DNA from: Cladosporium halotolerans
Lineage: Eukaryota
DNA length: 64,000 bases
Direction: 5' to 3'
Assembly (NCBI RefSeq): GCF_011745625.1
Contig: NW_027191454.1
Location: 868,001 to 932,000 of the forward strand
Notes under the pieces: generated by a model
Databases searched by the model: none
Told to the model about the DNA's origin: nothing
Seen by the model: the letters and a program-made list of their open reading frames with translations, nothing else
Program-made: the position numbers and the translations under genes
In this document: in pieces, positions 1-10,024 of the stretch
Layout of the letters: every line of letters starts with the position of its first letter
How positions within the stretch are numbered: the first letter of the stretch is position 1

Positions 1-591
1 AGCCCGGGTACATTTGCGCGGGCGGCGGTAACGAGCGGTATGGGTCCTGCATGACGGGCTACAACACGGTCAGCGAGGTGGACAGAGGGTGAGAGCTGAG
101 CACTGCGGCACGTACTGGGTGCTGGGGCTGAGGCGGAACGGCTTGTGAGAGCGACGGGATCTGCTTCGTCGCATCAGCGTTTGCGTCGTCGGAGGCGAGC
201 TGCGCCAGCTGCGGGTCGATCGCGCCCATGATGACGGGCTGCGGCAGCGCGGAGTGATGACGATGAGGCTCGAGGATGGGGAGGAGGAGGTGTGCAATGT
301 TGTGGGGAAGGAGGGAAATGTTCGAGGTTACGCAGCATGCAGCTTTGGCTTGGCAAAGGCACTTACTTGATTGGGCCGGGGTGCATACTGGCCGTTCTGA
401 GGCTGCGGAGACCAAGGCTGCTGCGGCGGCTGCTGGGGCTGCTGCTGGGGTTGCTGTTGCGGTGGTGGTTGCTGGTTCGGCGGCGCGGGCGGCGGCGCCT
501 GGGAGGTGGGAGTCTGCTGCTGGGGTTGCGCCGGCGGGTTCGGGTTCCATTGCGGCGTGGCGGCGGGCTGCTGATAATTCATGTTGCTCAT
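1..591 (-). CDS. 5' part of a Gln/Pro-rich protein running off the window start, possibly a transcription regulator; exons 591-367, 160-116, 58-<1
   Basis: GCCGCCATG start (MSNMNYQQPAATPQWNPNPP...), GTAAGT and GTACGT donors, CAG/TAG acceptors with GCTGAY branch sites; exons join in frame (...PRPNQ|IPSLSQAVPPQPQHP|PVMQDPYRSLPPPAQMYPG). No domain is visible inside the window. Confidence 0.7.
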
Positions 592-3512
592 GGCGGCGGC
601 GGGCGCGCTGGCGACGGCGCGGAAGGCGACGGCGAGGGCGGGCGACCAGCGAGGCGGCACAATTATCGAATGCGACGAGCTCGCAACAAATGTCAGTCAA
701 GCGCGCAAGGGCAAGTGCATGCAGGCGTGACGGAGTGTCGAGTCGCACGAGGACGGGAGCGCGGCCGGACTGGCCCGTAAAGCAGGCGAGGCGGCGGTTT
801 TGCGTGCAATTGCACGGCGAGACACACGAGCCGGCGGCTGGCGGCGGGCGGGCAACGTTGCGCGTGCGACCGACGGCAGTGCAGGGCGGGGAGATGAGGG
901 CGTTGGCGGGTGGAGGAGGTGGTGGTGGGAGGCGCGTGCAATGGTGTTGTGGTATATCAGACACAGGCACACACGGCGCGGCGTCAGCAGGTGTATGTGT
1001 GCGTGCGAGCGTGGGCGAGTGCAGGCGAGCGAGTGCACGGCGAGGGCGACGGGTGCAGACTGCAGAGCGAGGCTGGCGGGCAGGCAGGCAGGCAGGCAAG
1101 CAAGCAGAATAATGGCAGAATAATGGCAGCAGGCCGATGGGCGCGGGCGGCGGCGGCTGGCGGGCCTGAGGTTGCGTCGCGGTGCCTGTCGGACGGCGGG
1201 CGGCGGGCAGTCGGGGGTCCCACGAGGTTGGTAGGCACTGTAGGGTAGACGAGCGGGAGGGCGAAGGCAGTGGGGTTGGCGTCCTTAAGGCGCGCGCGCC
1301 GCCGGCAAGAGCCAGCGCGCAGCCAAAGAGACTTTTTCGCCGGCCGACCAGTCGAGCCGACGCTGCGATCCGCTCCCTCTGACGACCGCCCACCCATGCC
1401 ACCCATGCCACCCTGGCCGTGTGGATGCGGCGATGCGGCTGTTTGCGCGAGGGAGGGAGGGAGGGCGCGTGCGCTGCCTGCGTCCGGACGGTCGATGCGG
1501 GTGGATGTGCGTCGCTGCTCGCTGTCTCGCTGGCGCGCCCTGTCTCGTCCTTCGCCTGTCTGCCCTTCTGCTGCCGCCACACTCCAATCTCCGTGCGTGT
1601 GCCGCGTGCGACGGACGGTGGATGCGTGCGTGCGAGCCAACGGACCGCACCACCACCAACACCCACCGACTGCTCTCTGGCTCGCTGGCTCGCTGGCAGC
1701 AGCAGTAGCTGCCGAGCTGCACGCTGCACGCTGCAGAGGCGCGAACGGCTCGCTGGCTGCTGGCGGCCGACCCACCCCTGCGTAGCCTTTCGCTTACACG
1801 CGTTGAAGTCCCGAGCTTCCCGCCCGGCTCTGCAAACGGGCGCCGCTGCTGGCCACTAGCCCGGACACCCGCCGCGCGACCGCCTGCCGCAGCGCTGCCT
1901 CAGCCTGCCTCGTGCCCTGCGACCTCCGGTACTGAGCCCACCGCGAGCGTGGCGAGCGCTGCGGCCGGCGCGGTGCGTGCTGCTCACTGGTCAGCGCTCG
2001 ACGCCGCCACCCACGGTCCGCGCCAAAGCCAAACGAGCACCGGGGCGCCGGCGTGCGAGGATCGAGCGCAGAGCAGCCGGCCACCTGCCCGTCCCGCGGC
2101 CGGCGCGCGCGCGAGGTCTCTGACGACTCCGACCAGCGGCCTCCACTGAGATTAATTGAACCAGCGCCGGCCAATCACAAAATTCGAGCCGGCTGCGATC
2201 TGCGAGCGGCGGCCGGGCAGCGCCGGTTGGCCCGCCGCGCTAGGAGGCGAGCAAGCGCACGCGTGCCTCGCCACCCAAGCGTCGCGTGGCCTCCTTGCTA
2301 GCGCGCCCGCCGCCCTGCACTGGAGTCTGGCGGCGGGCCACACGCGCCCTGCGCTCTCCCCCAGCGACCAGGCCGCGTCCTGAGGTGCAGCGCTCGTCTC
2401 TCATCTGCTCTGTCGTCGGGCTCGTATTGCTCGTCACCGCCGCTCGCCTGCTGTGCCGCCGGTGCCCGCTCCGCCTGCGTGCATGCTGGCGACGCAGACG
2501 GCATGCGCGCGTGCTGGACGACCTGGTTCCATCTCTGGCAAGCCGGCTAGGAGAAGCGTGCTGCCTCTGATCGCTCTGCTTCCCGCTTTCCTGTCCGGGA
2601 CAAAGATCCGGTGCCTCGTTGCAAATTGTTCCCGCCGTTGCCGAGGTTCGTCTGACATCATCCCCACAAGGATGGCCGTGTGGGAAGGGGAATGGAGTGC
2701 GCAGGGTCATCTCTTCGCAGAATTACTTACAGTGAGACTTGACACCACACTTCACGGGTGAAGCGGTGTTTGCTCCGCCCGAGCCGAGGGACTCTCTCGG
2801 GTGGTGTGTTCTTCAAACACGTTGAAGCCAGCTAGTCGAGCGTGTTCGCGTCATCCCAACACGCTGTCGATCGATGCAATCGAATATGTGGATGTCGATA
2901 TACTCGCGAGATTCGTCGACCCGTTGGTCGGTGACAGATGTCGTACTGAATAATGCAGCGATCTCCAAGATTGTCGAGTTTCAAAATCAAAGCCAAAGAA
3001 GGATGTTCGATCAACCACGCCTCGCTGCCCACCAGACAAACTCAATTGATTTTATACGTCCCTGCACCCACCTACCACAACAACAAACACCCCAAAACCC
3101 TTTTACATAATCTCCCACACACCACTCACCCAAAACCGTCGACGCACCGCAGCCCAGGAACCCCTATGCACCCATTCCCCCAGCCAGCGCCAGAGACCGA
3201 GCATCTCGAGACCGAAAATGCTATCTATCACATCTGACTTTCCCAGCCCACATCCCATCCCCATCCCCACCGCCCGCAGAGCGCGGTCCCGGTCCGGCGC
3301 GCTCTTCCCTGCGGACGACGTCGCCGTCCTGTGGTACACACACATGCGTGCAACACCAGACGGCGGCAGACGCAGGGCTCCCGCCTGCATCAATACCTCG
3401 ACGACAAACCTCGCCTCGCAATCTCACACGTCACGCAACGCCGTGCCACGCTACACGCGCAACGTGCAGGCGGCGGCTTCGATTCGATTCGACGCGATGT
3501 GATTTGGACTTT

Positions 3513-3513
<1 letters not shown>

Positions 3514-3544
<31 letters not shown>
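3514..3544 (+). repeat. (GATT)n microsatellite, about 7.75 units
   Basis: Perfect tandem GATT run read directly. Confidence 0.95.
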
Positions 3545-5651
3545 GCCCGTCCTCGCTCGCCTTGCCTCGAGGCCGGCGGGAGCCTGTGCACGCCTGCGTG
3601 CGTGCGTACGCGCTGATCTTCCCTTCCCTCCGCGCCGCAGCAGCAAGGGCCTCGATCCCATCCGCAGAATGAAGCGAGATGGTGGCGTCCCGACCACCAC
3701 TCTTTTACCCAGCCCAACAACAGCGCGCTCGGCTACAGTAGGCAAGGTAGTTAGGTAGCGAGCAGTCGATCCCGTCCGGCCGCCCGCTTGCTTCTCTCAC
3801 ACACTCTCTCGGCTTACATACGGGCCTCTCGCTAAGACAGAGGTACCTACTCGCGGCGGAGTACGAAAGGTATATCACCCTACATAACAAGCAGTACGTA
3901 CCTACCCCGATCGATCGCCCACGCGCGCGCGCACGCGAGCGCGGAGGATTATTCCTGCGCGCGCCGCCGTCGTCTCAGCAGCCGATCTGGCTCTGCCTCT
4001 CCGCGACGTACGTACTCTACCGTACAAACAGGAGACTCCGCTCTCCGCGCGGCGGTCGAGTGTCACCCATACCTACCTAACCCTACACACACATGTCCGC
4101 CGCACTCGCGCATCACAGCGCTGTAATAATGTACGTGCTGTGCGTACTACGACCGCGCGCGCGCCCCCGACGGCCGCTCGGCGCGGCCCTGGTGCCGGCG
4201 AAGCGAGGCGAGTCAGCGGCGTGCAGGCGGGCGCTGACATGTACTGTGCGTATGTATGTACGTACGTACTATGGGATGCTCCGTAATGTACTGTACTTTT
4301 AATGTACTGTACCTAGGGAAGGTGATGCGACCCATGCATGCATGCAGGCTGCCGGGCGGGCGGGGCGGCGAGCGAGGGCTGGCTGGCTGAGGGTTGGAAG
4401 TCTAATAAATTGGTGATGTGGTGATTGATGGCGAGGTGAGATGGCGAGAAGCACAGCGATGACCCAGCCCGATTGATGCGTGAAGGCTGTGCACAGTCGT
4501 GCTCAACAACAACAACGACAGATCCACAACCTCACATGTCCAAACCCCCTCGGCCCGGCCATCACCAGAACGCAGCAGTCCCACAGCGAAGCAGCCCTCC
4601 CCACCAACGTCAACGCCGACGCCAACGCCAAAAGCGGGGCGGGACGAGCAAGGCAGGGAAGCCCCCAGCCCGGCGTGCAGCACGCTAAGGTAGGCCAACA
4701 TCCCTGTCGCTGCAGCGCGCGCGCGCGCCTCTCCCTCCTCCCGCCTGCGCACGCACACCGGTCGCAAGTCACCTGACCGTCGCGAGCTGCGGCTACCCGC
4801 TGCGGCGCGCAGGGTGCAGGGGTGCGAGTGGGTCCGGGTTGCGGACGACGGGCGGGCTTGGGTGCTGGGTAGATTGCTTTGCTGCTGCGGCGCGAGGGTT
4901 TGCGGATGGGCAGGAATGTATGCGTTGGCATTGTTGCTGTGCTGTGCTTTGGTTCTGGGTGAGGGTGTGCGACGTGGGCTCGAATGGGCGTGCTGCAGAG
5001 GGTGGATGGATGGAGGGAGGGATGGGTGTCTGACGTGTTTACTTTTTTGGGGAGGGAGGGAGGGAGATCGGGTGATCGTTGCGTGCGGTGTGCAGTGGCT
5101 GGTTTGGGTGAGTGCTTTTCGAGAAGTGATTTGTCGGGTGGGACGTGTTCGGCGCTTTTCAATCTATACGATGGCGTTGTGTGATGTGACTACCTCGTTG
5201 TCGGAGGGAGATATTCGCCGTGCTACACGTCGTATCTGGTGGTGGTAAGGTGTAAGCTCGCCTACCTGCTTGATGAGGCGGTCGCTGATGCTGACGCGCT
5301 TTGGTGGTCTGCTACGCCTGACGAGCACCTCAGACTGAAAAATCAAGTGTCCCGTCGCGTCTGATTGATTGAAATCAAGGATATGGTCAGCTTAGTCCGC
5401 GAGTCATCATCATCACCGTCATCACTCCCAGGGCCGAGACACATTCAGACGTCCCGAGCCATAACGTGTCTCAGTATAGTGCGCCGTTGAAAATAAAAGA
5501 ATCACAAAATCATCAAACCCAACTTTTCACGACCTCCCAAAAAAACAACACGTGAGCACCGAACCAAGGGAACGAACACAATCGACAAACAATCTCAGAC
5601 CTACGTATCAAACCTGACTCGCTCCCTCCGGAGCACCATCCGATGCGTCCA

Positions 5652-8600
5652 TCAATTGCCCTCAGAAGCACTCTCTTCGGCCCCAGATGATTCCCCAGAC
5701 GCCTCCTCCTCGTCCCCGTCCTCGCTGCCGTCCGACTCTTCTTCTTCGTCCGGCATCACGACGGAGTTGAGGTACGTGATCTGTGAAATCACGCGAGTCA
5801 GCAAATTTGCAGGGTAGGTCGATGACCACGACGCGTCGAGGTTGAAAGTTTGAACCGGCCGAGTACGCTCCATACATGGGCCTGCGAGCCAACGAGACGC
5901 GCGTGATTGAAGTTGAAAATTAATAGGTCGTCACGCGAGAGAGTCGCCCATCACACGCCCAGAGGCTTCGCAGCCAGCCTTCGAACCTAAGGCTCGCCCT
6001 TGCAGCGACTCTCGGGCTCGCGGGACGAAGGGAAGTCTCGAGCGAGGCTTGGGCAGGGTGCGGTGCGGTACATGCTGTGATACTACCGTCACGACTGAAA
6101 GAAGGGAAACAACGAGAACTCACAAACGGCTTCATGGCGCCGAACAGCTCCGCGACGCGCTCGAAGCCGCCGGCGCCCAGCAGCTCCTGCTCGCTCAGGC
6201 TCCTGCCGATGGTGTAGTTGCGCAGCCGCAGCAGGTCGATGTCTGGGTGGTCCGCGTCGAAACCCTGTGTCGCGCGCGCAAGAAGGCGCTCGGTCAGCAT
6301 GGTCCAATCGTTCGCTCGCGATGCGTGCAAAGCACAAATCAAAAACAATGACTCGCTCGCTTGGCCCGCGCTGCTGTGTCGAAGGAACAACCCCCATCCA
6401 TGTCAGCCGGGCAGCGGTCTGGGTAGAATGGAGAAAGCCGTGGGTGAAACGCTTCTTCTGCCCATCACTGCCGTGCGTACGGGCTCGTGGTACGTAGCAG
6501 CTAGCTCCCTGGCATGAGATGAAGTGTGCCGCGGCGTGCAGGCGGGGCGGAAGGGGCTTGCAAGCATCAGGGCTCTGGAGGAGGTCGCGTCGACGCGGTG
6601 GTGCGGTCGTGCTCGGATAGATGGTTGGCCCGCCGCAGGAGGGAGGGAGCGCGCCGTGAAGCGGTCGGGCAAGCGCCGGCACCCGAGTCGCCCTTTTGAG
6701 TTTTGAACCGCCCGTCCCAGTACCAGACTTTGTGTGCTTGCCCGATTTTCGCGATTACGAAAAGCGGGAAGTTGCGTGAAAAGCAATCGTCACGAAAGGG
6801 TTTTGCCGCGGAGTGGGTAGGTGAAGGCGCTGCGGTGGGGTTCGAGGGCTCATGTTCGCGAAGGAGTCGGCGGATCCGTTGAGAGCCCGTGTGATGGTGG
6901 TGTTCATGGCGTTGTTGGCTTGGGATTGCGACGCGCACGCCAGGGACCTTCGCCTAGCCGTTTCGCCTATGATGCTCACGGCTGCGGCAAGGAGCCCCTG
7001 GAAGGCCCGTCGCCGTCGCCGTCACGGGTCGGCGATGGCGAGGCGGCATGCAACCCAAATGAACCCTTGCGTTGCAGCCGCGGTGGACGTCGTCGTCGAT
7101 TCATCACGGCGTTCGAGCACCATGCAATCATCATGAAGTGATCGACCAGCAACGCATCAGGGCGTCGACAACCATCTTGATGCAAGCCAGCTTCATCACG
7201 CGAGGGAGATGTCGATCGTCCAAGCCATCGGCTTGGCCGGGTTTGCTCGTCCTCGCAGCTGGAGAGCCGCTTCAGACGACCCGGTCTCCGGCGACGAACA
7301 ATCACTCTCTCGATAACCCGTCTGATCTCCGATGGACGGGCCTGATGATGCTACGGCATGGTGTCCTGCGAGCACCGGCTTGATTCCACATTGCTCGTCA
7401 GGCCTATTCAACGCAGATTTGGATCGTGCCGACGAGACCATCCAATCCACACGATCGATCATCGACGAGCCACAAACGCTTGCAAGCGTCCCCGACAGGA
7501 AAAGAGCAGGGAAAAGAACAGAAGAAACATACCTTTGGACGCGTTTTCAATGCATTCTCAGAGTTGGAAGTCACAAAAGCCTTGACGGCTTTCGCGTCGT
7601 TCTTGGGAGCTCCCTTGAGAAACTCCTTGCGGAGTTTGTCGTCGAGCAGGACATCTTTGAATTGGCGCGAGCGCCGGTCGATGGCGCGGCGCATTGCTGC
7701 TGTCGGTGCTGCTTCTGGGTGCCATAGTCCGCCGCCTGTTGGTGCGCGTCAGCTTCGTCCGACGGGTAGTCTGCACCGATCTTTCAAGAGCCGCGTTGAA
7801 AGCTGGACAGTGTAGACGCAAGAGCAGCTAGGTGTGCCCGGTGTGCGCGACGACTGAGGATAATTTGAGGTGAGCCTGCTGTGCTGGAGCTCTTCGACAC
7901 TGTTCGTGACGCAAACTCCTACCCATTGGCTTTGTGTACCAATGGTGCAGACCTCGTGGACCCCGATAGAGCTCGACGAGCGTCATATGCAAGGCCCTCT
8001 AATAGTGCTGTTGACGCAAGTAGACAATCGTGCTCGCACTGCCTTTACGGCAACCTCCATGTTACACGGAATTTCACAACCTACAAGTCGTCACGTGAAG
8101 ACATCGCGAAATTCACTTACCGACGAACGACTCCTCCGGAGACACCTGAATGTAGTAGTGAGCGTACGGGCCCTTTCGTCCCGTGCGCGACCTGGGGTCA
8201 TGCTTAGCGACTTCGACGGCGTCGTGCAAGAGCTTCGACCGGGGTCGGGGCGGCCTACCATGCAGCTGAGAAGAACGGCTGTGACGGGGCGCGCGTTAGC
8301 GGTGAACCATGCAATATGTGGCTGCATGCTGCGGGCGTTGCGCACGCTGCAGGTGTGGGAAGTGCGAGGCGGTGACCGACACGTAGCGGCCCGGGTGCGC
8401 CGCCGCCGCCGCCAACCGTCCCTCGCCGACGCGATTGCGAACGTACCTTGTATGGAGTGGGATCTTTCGAGAAGCGGACGTCGCGGTAGATGCGGAAGAT
8501 CTGTGCTGGTCAGCATGCGTTTAGCAACAGACCTGGGTGAAGAAATGGGCCTACGATGTCTTTCACCGGTAGTTCTGGGATGGTGTCGTCGATTTCGGCG

Positions 8601-9567
8601 AGTCGCTCGGTTAGCTTTTCCACAAATGAGAACCAGTCCTTCTCGGACTGCCTGAAATCGGGATCGTGCACTAGGTCTCGGTCAGTCTTACTGGCATGCT
8701 GCAGGGTCGAGCATACTGCGATGGTGTGTGGCACGGCCGGGCGGCAAGCAGCATATCGTTAATGTCACATGATTGAGAGACAGCGCATCAATGCGACAGC
8801 TCCACCAGTGCCCGAAACTGATGGGTGCAGGCCTGGTGGAACATTGACATGCTGCTTCAGCGTGACCTGTTGTGCAGGCGTATGACCAAGCTGATGAGGC
8901 CAGCGATCGGAATGCCGCGCCAAACCGCCTGGTCGTGGTGTTGGTGGTGGGGATGGTGATGGTGTCGGCTTGGTATAGCTGAAGGGGATCACTCACTTTT
9001 GAGCCATTCTCGATTGTTGTTACCCTTAAGGTCCTTGAGAAAAAGCAGAGTGTTGGGGTGAATCGTATCGTCAGTGTAGGGCACCTTGCCGGCCGGTCTT
9101 GCCTTTGGTTTCTTGATAATGACCTGTTGACCCGGACCCAAGCCAGTCTTCACGCCCTCACGCCAAAGCTCGCTTCCCTTAGTGGACGATTTGGTCGTGC
9201 CAGTAGCAGATTTCTTGGAGGATGACTTCCTGCGTGCTTTCGGCTGATCCGACTCGCTTTCATAGACCTCGTCATCGTTTTCGTCGCCATCATCGTCCGC
9301 TGACTCGGGCGCGGATTCAAATTCAGAGAGGTCCTCTTCCGGAGCGGAAGGAACATCCTCGTCTTCGTCCAGATCTTCAACATCGCCGGTGCCATTCGCA
9401 TGCTTCTCGTCCCCGATTTCTTGATCTGAGAAATACTGGCTTTTGGTGGGCGTAGCCTTGGATTTTTTGGTGCGCACGGCCGCCAGAGAGGTGTTCGAAG
9501 CAGCCCGCTTGTGCGAAGATTTGGGTGTGGTCGCTGATACAGACAAGCGCTGCGATTTACGAGCCAT
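5652..9567 (-). CDS. DUF2461 (TIGR02453-like) family protein with charged N-terminal extension; 8 exons: 9567-8997, 8670-8555, 8500-8447, 8278-8259, 8191-8121, 7735-7533, 6264-6124, 5780-5652
   Basis: Spliced translation gives family-typical motifs TLLFLKDLKGNNNREWLK, IFRIYRDVRFSKDPTPYK, PFFSAAWSRTGRKGPYAHYY, GGGLWHPE, LKTRPKGFDADHPDIDLLRL. All seven introns are GT-AG and phase-consistent. Confidence 0.9.
6265..7532. ncRNA. Candidate structured RNA within the 1268-nt intron 6 of the DUF2461 gene (identity and strand unresolved)
   Basis: Many 7-12 bp helices: 7010-7021/7030-7041, 7154-7161/7176-7183, 7220-7226/7230-7236, 7339-7348/7395-7404, plus a U/A-tract domain at 6691-6800. Confidence 0.45.
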
Positions 9568-10024
9568 GACTAGTCGTCGTCTTCGTTGCAGGTCCTGTTT
9601 AGCCTCGCTGGAATCCGACAAGCGCTTTTCGTGGTGGTCCAGCTGCAGGGCTGGATATGAAGCCAGCCTTCGACAAGTGTTTTCTGTTTGCCAGTGTCCA
9701 GGAAAAGTCCAGATTTCACGCCGTGCGCTCCCAGTAAACAAATATCACAGAACACGATCGGCTCAGCTCGACGGCGTCATTCGATCGATCGTTGGAGGAG
9801 GTCGGCGCCACCGCCCTGGTCCTGGCTCCCGCAGCGCGGCTAAACAGCCGCCAGGCGCGGGTCCGGAGCTGCCGCGCGCTTAATCTCCCATCTAGAAGAG
9901 AAATAGTACCTGATTTGTCGGGCATCTTCGACTTCATGGCTAACACTACGCTAACGACAAGATTTGGTCAACAATCTATGCTTGGAAATATCTGAGGCCG
10001 CACATCCCTCGATCAAAACCAGCC

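Noticed and set aside
59..1775. Long ORFs (556, 278, 263 aa) over the first 1.8 kb
   Set aside because: Arg/Ala/Pro low-complexity shadows of GC-rich DNA; the real gene is the spliced Q/P-rich frame starting at 591.
4076..4086. CCTAACCCTAC as telomerase template or telomere seed
   Set aside because: Single short match in a low-complexity tract without supporting structure; the similar CTAACCCT at about 22519 is an intron branch site.
7101..7199. Canonical box C/D snoRNA on the minus strand
   Set aside because: C-like boxes are present but there is no terminal D box and no recognisable rRNA guide.
7765..7960. RNase P P4-like pairing GAGGTCTGCAC/GTGCAGACTAC on the minus strand, or a group I R element CAGACTA
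   Set aside because: The CR-I/CR-V consensus is poor, there is no convincing P1-P3 and no group I S element; kept only as unnamed structure.
8811..8905. Hammerhead-like words CGAAAC (about 8813) and CTGATGAG (8891) on the plus strand
   Set aside because: Stems I-III and a UH cleavage site cannot be built around them; CTGAT lies within another helix.
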